A program made the position numbers and the translations under genes. From assembly GCA_030704615.1 (NCBI GenBank), contig JAKLZA010000021.1, positions 1 to 17,000 on the forward strand: a stretch of 17,000 bases of DNA, in the 5' to 3' direction. Shown here piece by piece: positions 1 to 10,441 of this stretch. The stretch comes from Takakia lepidozioides (taxonomy: Eukaryota; Plantae; Bryophyta). The number at the start of each line of letters is the position of its first letter. Position 1 is the first letter of the stretch. The notes under the pieces are model-generated. The model ran no database searches. It saw only the letters and a program-made list of their open reading frames with translations, and was not told the DNA's origin.

Positions 1-1359
1 CCCCATGATCTAGTGCTCGCCCCCACTCACTGCCTCCTCCGTCCCGGTTGGCAGAGATGGTGAAATATCCAATGGAAGTGCAGAAGTAGCCACTAATGCT
101 TGCAATCTCCATTGCTCAGCCATGCACAAGCCAATGACCCATGTCAAGCAATTGAGATCCATTGCCTGACCAACACCTGGCGTCGTGATGCCTCTGACAG
201 AGCTGGCACAGCTGTAGTGCCCGTGGCAAATCCCATTGCCCGCTCTCGCTCATCCGCATTGGGCTCCACCAATTGTTGTAGCATGCTGTCCAAATCAACC
301 CAGGACCAATGTCTCGAAAAGCATGAGATGAGGGAAAGCTCATGAGTGTAGGCAAGGCTGCAATGGCTACCCCACTCGATTTACCACTGCTAAAGGTGAA
401 CGGTCATCATGGCGCACCCTCTATGGTTGCCTCCCTGGTCCAAAATGCCCTCAATTGTGAGATTGGGTGGCCGTTGAATGGAATCGTATGCTCTCTTGAG
501 CAGCTCTGGTGGTTCAAGATGGGTCCACCATAATCGAGGTCGATGCGCTCGTGATCCCACTGCTGCTGCATCCAATAGCACCGCCGATCCAATCCAAGAT
601 CGCACCTGATGCACACTGGCCATAACCCTGGCCCGAGAGTCCCCCATAAGAGGAACATTCTCCAAGCTATAGGCTATAGGTTGCACTTGCCTCGTCTACA
701 AGTCACGCAACACTCTCACCATCTCCCAAAACAAATGTGATCGTGCATTATGCAAACCATTCCCATGACCTGCGGGAGAGTGTCATTGGCAAGGCCATCC
801 AGCTATCACCAAGTCAATGGCACCATGCCGGTCCAAATCATCTACCCCCAGCAAGGTAATGTCTGTTGGCAAGGTCTTTTGATACCCTTGAATTGTTGAG
901 AGAGGCAACAACTCATGATACCGGTGTGTGAGCAAGACGATGTGGCACATAGAAATACGCCGAGTTATCTCATCTTTCTCCACATACAAGTACTTGCGTA
1001 TTTTAATCCCTGCTTGCAACACTCCTGCAAGTCCAGTGCTCATGCCTCTAAACATGTCTAGCAAACAAATCCCTGAGTCAAGTGATTGCCAGGTAATGGG
1101 CATTGTGTCCAAAGGAGCTAACTGAGGAGGTCTGGGTGATGTCACTGAACTCCCCTCACTCACCAATGGATAGGCCTCCTGCCATGCTTGATGCACACAT
1201 TCGTCTGCTACTCGATGCAAATTCCCAACTGTACCCCACAGTGGAATATGAACAATCACATGAAGAAGCAAATCAGCCTTGTATGCCAATTGTTTGTCCT
1301 CATCAGGTGGTGGCCTATCATCTGCATGGCTATTGCCCTCCAAGAACACCATCCCAAGC
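1..1359 (-). pseudogene. Degenerate C5 DNA cytosine methyltransferase domain, probably part of an LTR-retrotransposon pol polyprotein
   Basis: Stitching minus frames gives the motifs in order: I (LLDMFRGMSTG), II (YLYVEKD), IV (DLVIAGWPCQ), VI (YSLENVP), VIII (AHRPRLWW), IX (ERERAMGF), X (QVL/GQAMD). In-frame stops at 783-785 and ~696-698, plus several frameshifts below ~430. No introns. The left end runs out of the window. Confidence 0.85.
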
Positions 1360-1404
1360 CACTTTATTCTATTAATGGAATAAATATATTTATTCAATAA
1401 AGTG
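1360..1404. repeat. AT-rich nested inverted repeat at the methyltransferase/CACTA junction
   Basis: Perfect 18-bp palindrome GAATAAATATATTTATTC (1378-1395), enclosed by CACTTTATT (1360-1368) and AATAAAGTG (1396-1404). Confidence 0.85.
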
Positions 1405-1541
1405 AATATGTAGTCGACTCAACGACTCCATGAACCACTGCGCATTCATTGCACCCATGACTCGGCAGCACATTTGCTGACGTGGCTTTCACAAAAAGAG
1501 GTAAACAAAATGTGGCCTTGGGGGAATAGATATTTTAATAC

Positions 1542-2287
1542 ATGCTGCCTCCACCTGGCCTGTCTGGCAAGGATGCAAGTGCTGCGTCGGACATGGCGGG
1601 ACGTGGGAATGCAAATCCTGACACGGCAAGGCCTTCGTATACTGTGAGCGCGCGTAGTGGCTTCTCAGAACGGTGTGACATCGGGTTCTTGGTCATTCAA
1701 CATTTACAGAATGTGCTGGATGGAGGCACGATGGAGCGCACGGAGAGGTAAAGGCTGAAAGCGTTCATTAAGGTTGTGAACTACAATTATATCATGCCAA
1801 ACCAGTTTTTCGGTACGCAGATGGTGTCATGAGAGATTCTGCGATTTGCGCATAGGTGGACTTAATTTTGATGTTGACTTGAAGGCAAATGTGACACCAG
1901 TGAAACTGGAAACTACAGGTAAGATGATGGCGTGCTACATCGCGACATAAACCTGCATTTGACATTCAGGCTTAGGATTCATGCAATTTGGTGCTACTCA
2001 GGCCTGCACAGTTCCAGAGCAGAAGTGGGAGCCCATCCCAGGGATGGGGACCTCGTAAGTGCTTCTTCATTTTGTACTCACCTTGTTTTTGCATCGCACT
2101 TGTGCTACAAGGGGCAGAGCCATTCATTTGGCTGGAGGTTCAATTCCTCTACAAGTGAGCTATTCCCGTGTCACTACAATCAGTTAGATGTGTTTGTGGT
2201 GGTTGCTGGATTTGCGGCTCTGGGGTGTCTTGCCAAGTGCTTGCAGGGATCAACGTTAATGTGGACGGGGCAGTACATGTAGCATAA
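1542..2287 (+). CDS. Putative multi-exon gene of unknown function inside the CACTA region (3' end uncertain, possibly decayed)
   Basis: Phase-compatible GT-AG chain with exons 1542-1643, 1710-1747, 1821-1918, 2002-2054, 2112/2118-2154 and 2247-2287. Donors are GTGAGC, GTAAAG, GTAAGA, GTAAGT and GTGAGC. The spliced frame is open: MLPPPG..PSYT-NVLDGGTMERTER-WCHERFCDLRIGGLNFDVDLKANVTPVKLETT-GLHSSRAEVGAHPRDGDL-..SHSFGWRFNSST-RINVNVDGAVHVA*. Confidence 0.45.
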
Positions 2288-2749
2288 AAGCTCATTCACT
2301 GGTGAAGAAGACCATGTGCGAACATATGTCATGCTATTGCTTCGAGAGTGCTGCTGTTGGGCAGGTGGGAGAATGGAACAACGGTGAGAAGGAAAGCAAG
2401 GGAAGCACAAAAAGGTGTCGTTCGGTCCTGCTCCTTTGGAGACACCCCCCATTCCACTGGTCTTTGTTCCTGGAAAGCATGCAGATGGGCCAGAAAATGC
2501 ATGCACACATTCACGTCTACTTCCCGTACATGAAGACGATCCTCTCCTCACATGTCAGAAACAATATGGGCAGAACAAAAAAAGGTTTGTTCACAAGACA
2601 GTCAGTGACCACATACCCATACATTATCGATACTATTAACTGTCTCGCCCTTGCTTATAAGCAGGACTGTACAAAATGGGTTCTAAGGACAGTAAGAGTC
2701 CTTAGCATAGCTCTCGTCTATGAGCTGCTGGCTTAATGGACACTGAGAT

Positions 2750-5700
2750 TCAGCTGGGCTCACTATCCGTATCCAAATAATCTTCCCCTTCACTACCCAC
2801 ATCTGCAATTTGCCTGGCGGTAATTACCAACCCTGGAATGTCTTCCTCATTAAAGGTAACTGCTCCTTCCAAAGAGACTGGTTCGGCCGTATCTGGTAGA
2901 TTTCGTGGTTCCCTCAGACCCTCGTGGTCGGCATTCTCCCCTAGGTCCAGATCATGGACGTCGGCAACGACTCGTTTGGCCCGGGGGTCCTTGTGAAGAA
3001 CCACCTTCCATCCCGGCGCATGGATGTCATCTGAAAAGAAAACTTGCTCAACTTGCGATGGGAAGATGAATGGCTCTTCATCTTGTGGTAGCATTTTTCT
3101 GAAATCAGCAAGGAGGAACCCGTACTCATCCCGTTTCATGGTGGCATTCTCTCCTACCATATTGGCTTTTACCCAAGAACAACGGAATAGAATTGGCTTC
3201 ACAAGACCATAGTCTAGTTTAAGGATCTCTTTGATCACTCCTACATATTGCACATGGCATGAAATTGGATTCCGATCTCGTGCACAGCTCCTACTCTCTT
3301 GTTCAAAAAATGATGCCACTCCGCTGTCATAAGTCACCAGGAGGCTGGTGTTGGCATCGTCCACTCTATAGTGATTGCCATATGCTTTCATTGACCGGTA
3401 CGAAGTGGCAATCAGCCCTGGGGGGAATGACAGACTCACCATGCCCTCATCTGGGTCCTCGTTCTCTGATGCGTACACTGCAATTGCAGATCTGACCCAC
3501 ACTGTAAAGGGCTGCAGCTCCTCCATTGTTGTCGGGTACTCCACCGGGGATCTGCGCCTACGACCGCCCCTCCGCCATGCTTTTGCAAATGCTCTCCGTT
3601 CCGTTTTCAGGCGGACCTTCTCCGCTGCGTATTTTCTGGCAGAAACCAAATAGAAGCTGCAACTCAGTCCCCCTGACCAACACCGTACTGTACATGCATG
3701 CCACATGTAGAGTGTGTCCTTTCAAGCACATTGTAGTGATGCAGCCTACTTCATGATCACTTGCAAGCAACAACACCAACTACGAAACACCCTCTGTTGT
3801 CGTCTGAAGCACCCTGTTAGTACACGATCCCACTCCCATAGTGGCCGGAATGACTTGTGACAATATATATGTAATTCATGCATACAAAGACCATTAAGAA
3901 TAGCACAGGAGGGATGTAAAGTTTACACCCACTGTCTCCATGGTGTCATGGTTGTTGTGTTGTTCAGCACATAATCATGTGCCACATCCCGAAGGCGCGG
4001 GCTCATGGCACGCTTTGTTCCACCACCTTCTAGGACCTCGCCTACAACTCCTTCTTCCTCGTTCTCGTCCCACACCCGTCGTTGTATTGCATCAAATGAA
4101 GACATATACTCTGTCATGAAGCCCAGGGCTTCGTCGCGGATGTAGCCCTCCGCCATACTCCCCTCTGGCCGTGCCATGTTGCGTACATACCCCTTCAGAT
4201 CCTTCATGTACCTCTCCATGGGGTACATCCAACGGCTGGCTACGGGCCCACACACATGCAGCTCCTCTACAAGATGCACTAGCAAGTGCGTCATGACGTC
4301 AAAGAATGATGGAGGGAATTCTTTCTCCAGCAAACATAGGGTCACAGCCACATCCTCATGCAGCGATGTAATGTCCCTCGGATCCCACACCTTCGCACAA
4401 ATCTTCCTAAACACTCGACTTACACGCATTATGGCTGTTCGAGGACCCGACGCCATCGTACCCCGAATGCACACTGGCAAAATCTGCTGCATCATCACGT
4501 GTAGATCATGTGACTTCATCCCCGACCATTTCTTGTTTATGGCATGCTTTTGGAAAGCACCCGAGAATCCGGTTGGCACTTTCATGGCTCCCAATGTCTT
4601 CAAAAATTCCTCTTGCTCTGATTTGGTCAGGACGTATGATGCTGCTGGCATGAGCACTTTGCCTGGTCTATTTGGATCAGGCCTTAGCCACAGATGTGAC
4701 CGTATCCCTTCAATCTCCATGTCCTTTCGTACGTTTATCGTATCCTTCTCCCCAAAGATAGTCTTCAGAATGTTCTCGCAGAAGTTCTTCTCACAATGCA
4801 TGGGGTCCAGGAGGTACCGCTGCAAGAGGTTCTGAAATGCCAAATGTCCTCCCATGAGACCAAGTTCTATGGGCAAAAATAGTAGAATATGTGGCAGAAG
4901 TTGTCCATGTTACTACATTCTGCTTTCAACAACTGCACGATCCTCTACACAGTGAGGTGTACGACTTCAACATCTACTGCATAGTAGTTACACTGACTTA
5001 GGAGTTGGTGGAAGGACTCCTGACAGTAAAGGTAATTCCAGGAAGCACAATGTGAAAGAAAGTGAGTGAATGGGGGGGGGGGGATTCATGCACCTTCCAG
5101 TATGGCAAATCCCAAAGGATTGTCCGGCGCTTCACCCCGTGCGACATGGCTGGATCCGCACTACTTCCTTCTCTCCCTCCAATCTCCATGAACGCCTCTT
5201 TCTCCTTTGCAAATTGCAATGTCTCCTCCGGTGTCACAACATTTGGTGCCATTCTCTTTTCAACACATCCATTGAAGTGCCGGCCTGCTCGTCGGTAGGG
5301 GTGGTTTCTTGCAAGGTAACGTCGATGCCCCATGTATATTGTCTTCCCTAATGGCTTTGAGTGCCGTGAATCCACATAGGGCCCACAAATGGGGCACCCT
5401 TTGTAGCCCTTCGTCTTGCAACCCGCAACAAGGCCATATGCGGGGAAATCGTGGATTGACCACATGAGTATGGCACGGAGGGTGAAACTCCGTTGCCCTA
5501 CTGGTTTCAAAATGTCGTAAGCTTCAACTCCAATCCATAGTTCCTGTAGCTCTTCAATCAATGGTTGCAAATACACATCTATGTTTGCATTTGTCACGGA
5601 CTCCTTGCCTGGAATCAAGAGAGACAACATGACAAAGAATTTCTTTGTTGTCAACCATGGTGGCAGGTTGTATGCCACCAACTGCACGGGCCATGTGGAC

Positions 5701-6823
5701 CATGTGCAACTCTTTGATCCGTATGGGTTTACTCCATCCGTAGATACAGCCAATCGCACATTGCGTGGGTCCTCGGCGAAATCGGGCCAAGTTGCATCTA
5801 TATGCTTCCATGCAAGGGAATCTGGGACATGCCTTACCAAACCATCGTTTGAGGCATTCCTGGAATGCCAAGTCATGAGCTCACTAATGGTCTTGCATTT
5901 GTACATTCGTAATAGACGGGGGATAAGGGGAAAGTGCCTCAACACCTTGGCTGGCTGTTGTAACCTGCCCACATCATGGTATCGGGCTGCACCGCATTTG
6001 GGGCACTCCATAGCGTCCTTGTACTCTCTTCTGAAAAGTACATGTCCTTTTGGACATGCATGTATTTTCACGTAGTTGAGGCCGAGCTTCCCAATCATTT
6101 TGTTGGCCATGTGACAGCTTTTTGGCATTTCATTTGGTTGTGGAAGCAAGTTCAGCCGAAGCAAAGAGAACAACTCGTCCACAAAATGGTCTGACACACC
6201 GTGGGTTGTGCACAGGTTCATCAACAGCATGCTGGCAGCAAGCTTTGTGGATTTGCATCCCTCGTACAGTGGCACACATGCTTCTTCTAGTGTCATGTGT
6301 GCAGAATTCTCATTTCCATCTCCACCTCCTTCCACGCCTTCCCCCACGTGAATGCCTTCATTTCCTGCGTCATCACCATCCCCAGTTGTCGCAGCGCCGT
6401 CCCCCTCTTCAGCATCGTCCATGATGTGGAATGCTTCCTGCAACATTCGAGTAATCTCCACCCCTCCGTCCATGCCTGGTTCCTGTCCTGCGCCCATGAC
6501 ATAGTCCTCGTCTGGCCTGTCTGTATGGCTCCCTCGGGGTGTGCATTGTCCAATTGTGCCCACTCCTCATCGTCTTCGTCTGCAGGTCCATCTCCAATCC
6601 ACACCCGAAATGCTTCATGTCTTTTGTGGTGAAGGAGATGTGTGCGCACACCGTCCTCAGATCTACTTGTAGTGCCCAAACAACGTTCACATGGGCATGG
6701 CATCCTTGAAAGCCCAAGGGCTCGGGCACGTGCCACTTCTCTTTCCCACAACCTGTCATCCCGGTTGTTCTGTCTACAGGGGTGATTAATTGGAAGTCCT
6801 CCGCATGGGCGAGGGGAACTCAT
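2750..6823 (-). CDS. CACTA TnpD/Tnp2-type DDE transposase (Transpos_assoc + Transposase_21 + DUF4218 + DUF4216), 3 exons, one frameshift
   Basis: Motifs: N-terminal CPCERC..RTHL..W, IHACPKGHVLF..CPKC, LRHFPLIPRL, VRLAVSTDGVNPY, SIHDFPAY, DPMHCEKN, MKSHDLHVMMQ, RWMYPMERYM, EGSMAEGY, EPFIFPSQVEQVFF. Exons 6823-5094, 4831-3933 and 3635-2750. The GT-AG introns (5093-4832 phase 0; 3932-3636 phase 2) give the joins YWK|NLLQRY and PWRQ|KYAAE. One frameshift at ~6520-6560. Confidence 0.93.
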
Positions 6824-7364
6824 TTTTGTTGGGGAACTCAAGACAGACAGGAGAGAGAAGTGGGTCTATGGGCATATCAGAATTACAAGAGCACACCAAA
6901 AGACTGGAGATTTGTTCCATCTATGCACCTTCGGTACAGATGGTGAAGAGAGGCAAAGGCCGTGTGGGGAAGTACATACATCAACTCCCCCAACTGCACG
7001 AACTATTGGGCCCCTTGTTCTCTTCCATGGTATGCTCTGCCCCAATCCAAACACCCTGAATTCTCCATTGTTGCTACTGCAGCCTGCTTTCATTCACATC
7101 AACAGCATGTCAAGGGCGTCACAAGAACTTCCTATAGGAAATGTGACAGTTTATGGGAGAGGAGATATGTCAATCATATCTTCATTTACCAGGAAAGATG
7201 ATAACCCCATCCCCACCTCACAGCCAACAATCTCCACGACGCCAGACTTTCATATGTCAGCATGCACCTGTTTTGACCTTCTGGCAGGCTGGCCCACACC
7301 TTCGAAGTAACACAAACGGATATGACCTGGTCAAATTTCCCCTTTTCAGCCTCAACGACACTCC

Positions 7365-8060
7365 CTGTGCCCAGCTGTAGAAGAGGGCAAGCAGGTCTTC
7401 GGATATTCTCAGCAAGGGCATGGCAAAGATGCTCTGCAACTTTTCAACCAAGTTTTGAAACAGCAAGGGGTGAAGCCAAATGATGTTACACTCATTGCAG
7501 TTCTGTCTGCATGCAGCCATATGGGCCTAGTAGATGAAGGACAACACTATTTCCATTCTATGAGTAGAGATTATAGATTGTACTCATAAGACGTTGTATG
7601 CCGTAGCCTTGTGGCCATTGACCCTGCGCCCAGTTTGAGCGGGAACAAAAGGAACAGAACCTACCTCCGTCAGGGGCTGACGGTGGTAGTAAGACTTACC
7701 ATCATATAAGGAATTAATCCGGGTTTTCCAGATATCCTCTAGAAAACCCTTCACACAAGCATCAATCTGCTGTGTGTGATAATAGAATCATTCCAACAGG
7801 AAAACATTTTGGCTGCATGGTTGACCTTCTTGGCCGTGCAGGGCGCTTGGATGAGGCGGAGAATTTCATCAACAGAATGCCAATTAAACCAGATGCTTTA
7901 GTGTGGGGCTTTACTTGGTGCCTGCAGAATACATGGCAATGTGAAGCTAGCAGAGCGTGCTGCAGAATGTTGTCTCAAAGGTGAAAAGTTTCAGATGCAG
8001 ACATACGGTGTGACATTTCTGGTAGTCAGTGAAGGACCGAAAGTGAGGAAAGAGATATGT
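7365..8060 (+). pseudogene. PLS/E-class pentatricopeptide repeat (PPR) gene fragment, interrupted by a LINE piece
   Basis: VEEGKQVF/GYSQQGHGKDALQLFNQ..GVKPNDVTLIAVLSACSHMGLVDEGQHYFHSMSRDYR, then the insertion, then [69 protein letters not shown]. Has frameshifts and internal deletions. No DYW domain seen. Confidence 0.9.
7578..7777 (-). mobile_element. 200-bp 5'-truncated LINE 3' end (same family as 10442-11590) with target-site duplication
   Basis: The reverse complement of ~7678-7780 aligns closely with 11477-11579 (ATCACACACAGCAGATTGATGCTTGTGTGAAGGG...GGTAAGTCTTACTACCA). Flanked by GATTATAGA (7569-7577) and GATAATAGA (7778-7786). Removing it restores the PPR reading SRDYRIIP. Confidence 0.9.
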
Positions 8061-8690
8061 GTATCACGTCTGTGGGATTCCTAAAGGGCCACAAGGAGTA
8101 GAACAACAAACAAATAACCATAGAAGGGCCCACAAAGAGTCAGAGAACTACTCAAGGCTAATATCGGTTCATTGTTGCAACTGGCCCCACCATCTGACCT
8201 TGAATTTATGTCGTCGGGAGCTTAAGGAACGAATGCCAAACTCGCCCGAACAGCCACATTGGCTGTTTTGGAGCATGCTGACATGCACATGAAAACCGTG
8301 TCAAGGGCTTGGTGTCAATTGTGCTAAGAGATCAGCTAGTGAGTCGAGGTAACCCTCCCCGTGATTGTGAAAAAGAAGACATACCGAGTCATTTTCTTAT
8401 CCAAGCATATATTAACCATGATAGATGAGACCTTTAGTTTTTGGATGGATAATAGACAAGGCCGCTTTTAAGGACATTGACCATCCTACCAGGACTACCT
8501 CTCATTTGCTTGAAGCCTGGACCGCAATAAGACATTGAGGATATGAACTGTTCAAGCATTACAAAAAATGAAAGAAACAAAGAAACTGTATGATGTCCAC
8601 TGGAGATTACAGAACAAGCCTGCATAACAGGCCAACCAAATGTCAGTTGTGTGAATCACTACATCTAGTTGTCTGGAGGACTGTAAGTGG

Positions 8691-8700
8691 TTTAGGGTTT
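8691..8700. promoter_or_regulatory. Telo-box-like motif upstream of the TnpA-like gene
   Basis: TTTAGGGTTT (reverse complement contains AAACCCTA), about 220 bp upstream of ATG 8917 and followed by a CT-rich leader. Confidence 0.35.
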
Positions 8701-8851
8701 AACGTCTCAAAGTCGAAAAGGCCATAGTGTCGGATGCACGACACGTGTTCATATTTGAAATCAACAACGGCCGGATCTTCACCTTGAGCTCGGGGGTGTG
8801 TGATCACACTCCCCTCCTTGTCCTTCTTTCCTCCTTTGCATGTCTTGGTCT

Positions 8852-8919
8852 TCCTCGCTCGTCTTTGTCTTGCTCATGGTCTATGTCCTCGCTCGTCTTC
8901 ATCTTTGTCATGGTCTATG
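8852..8919 (+). repeat. 34-bp tandem duplication ending in the putative start codon
   Basis: Units 8852-8885 and 8886-8919 match at 30/34 positions, and both end in GGTCTATG. Confidence 0.85.
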
Positions 8920-9269
8920 TCCACGCCTAGTAAGAAGCGGTCGACCGCCGAGGCAGCATCACCTCCTCCTCCCACTTGTGCACATTCCAGCCCCGCGGTG
9001 CGAAGGAGCCCCCGCCTGGCTCGACTGAATCTGGTACAGATGGCGTCGGTGCGAGAGGGAAGGCAGAGCAGTGGGCGGTCTTCCAGTTCGGATTTTGACA
9101 CAAGCGACTATAGCATGGGCGACGACGATGAGGTGGAGGACAGTTCGGCGGAAATTGCACCTCCATCTGCAGAGTCTCTCCAAAAGGTGCGCAAACGGCA
9201 CAAACCCGCTGCGCATGAGGTGAGTTCTACCCCTACTTCTGTTCATGTTCTATGGGCGTTGAGTTCTCC

Positions 9270-10416
9270 TGAAACTGAAACTGGGATGCACATATCCATA
9301 AAGTTGTTCAATCGGATCTCGTAGTATAGAGGGCAGTAGAAGAAGAAGTGTTCTTCAGTTTCAATTTCCTTGCTGCGCCCTATGCAAGCTGGACATAGGC
9401 GGTCCTCCCGTTGCAGGTTTTCCATCTGCCAGTCTCTATCCGTAGGTTGTGGGAACCCACCCTGAACTGCCCCAATGCCCTCAGGAGGGAAGGAGCTAAG
9501 GGTGCTGAAAGGTAATTTGGTCTCAAGATTCTATCATCGCGGAGCACCAAGAATGTCTCTCGATAGAAGTGGAGCTTTGTTGTGAGATTGGGTAGCATCC
9601 AAGTTCTCTTCACATGTAATTCCATAAGCTCTCTCCGAATGAGTCTGTTGCGGTCATGTGTGGATGTGATGTCCACCTCATCTGGGTTCATTGGTAATAG
9701 GAAAGTAGTAGAAAGTCCGTTACGTTGAAATAAACTGTCCACTCGAGCATACCAGGAGTTCCCGAAACCTGCAGCTTTGAGCCTCATAGATGTTGTGAGG
9801 GCCCTTGCCACTAGCCCTTTGGGTGGAAGGGCCTGCAATCTATTCCTCACAGATTGTAAGCCTGAACTGTGCCTCGGATTGCAATGGTACACATGCGAAC
9901 TCTGCACCTAGGATCTGAGAGGGAGTTGTGCTCCTGGCGCCAAGCATTGCTTGGAGAAAAGATGACTGTAATGGTTCCAAAATCTTTTCCCACCAGGAGA
10001 CAGGGACACCAGGTGCCAGAACTCACAACCATAGATGGTAGCAGGGCTGACGACGGTGTCAAACAGACACTTTTTGGTCGGGGGATGCCGCACATGTATT
10101 TGCTTGCATTTGGCGTGAAGGCGGACGGAGGCCGCCTTACCTTTAGTCAATCTGTCCAAGGCAGTGGCTGCAAAGTGAAACTTGGGGAGTGGATAACCAG
10201 ACCTAGGTACCGGTATGATTTGACAATCTCAATTTCCTGCTGGTTGAAGATGAATCTACGATCAGCCTGGCCATTGAAGACCATGATCTTGGTCTTGCTA
10301 AGATTGACTTGCATCCCATAGTCTTTGCAGAACTGTTCCAAAATTTAGAGATGGCGTTGCAGAAAGACCGGGGATTGTGCCAAAAGGGCAACATCATCAG
10401 CGTAGAGGAGATGTGA
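9270..10416 (-). mobile_element. 5'-truncated non-LTR retrotransposon (LINE; RT C-terminal half plus zinc knuckle, RTEX-like), family A
   Basis: SHLLYADDVALL..QFCKDYGMQVNLSKTKIMVF..KSYRYLGL..LFDTVVSPATIYGCEFW..QFRVGSHNLRIETGRW..RLCPAC..ETEEHFFFYCPLY, with several frameshifts. A short (GTTTCA)2 repeat lies at the 3' end (9270-9281). The clade call is tentative. Confidence 0.88.
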
Positions 10417-10441
10417 TTGGGCAGAAAATGAAGTTAGGCAG

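Noticed and set aside
1-1359. Bacterial restriction-modification methylase or contamination
   Set aside because: The context is intron-containing plant TE DNA, with no cognate nuclease, operon structure or CRISPR-like arrays.
4274-4282. ATGCACTAG, matching the predicted TSD plus left TIR start
   Set aside because: It lies inside the uninterrupted transposase exon (HLLVHL) and similarity ends there; chance match.
5072-5083. G12 homopolymer
   Set aside because: A simple intronic run in TnpD intron 1 with no further structure.
4176-6632. Long plus-strand ORFs (4176-4835, 5581-6075, 6297-6632)
   Set aside because: Antisense shadows of the transposase exons, with no independent motifs.
6850-7360. 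Faint PPR-like words (GKYIHQ, YRKCDSL) upstream of the PPR relic
   Set aside because: Too degenerate to align by eye; could equally be the TnpD 5' leader or intron.
8657-8661. CACTA as a possible left TIR of a separate element 8657-16646
   Set aside because: The match to the right terminus stops after 5 bp (CACTACATC vs CACTAGAAG), and the flanks AAT/ATG are not a TSD.
8060-8690. Short ORFs 8059-8292 and 8434-8625
   Set aside because: No recognisable motifs or consistent splice structure; left unannotated.
9255-9270. GGCGTTGAGTTCTCCT, a 15/16 match to LINE B at ~10546-10561
   Set aside because: Similarity does not extend either way, and a match of this length can occur by chance in 17 kb; not usable as a TSD.
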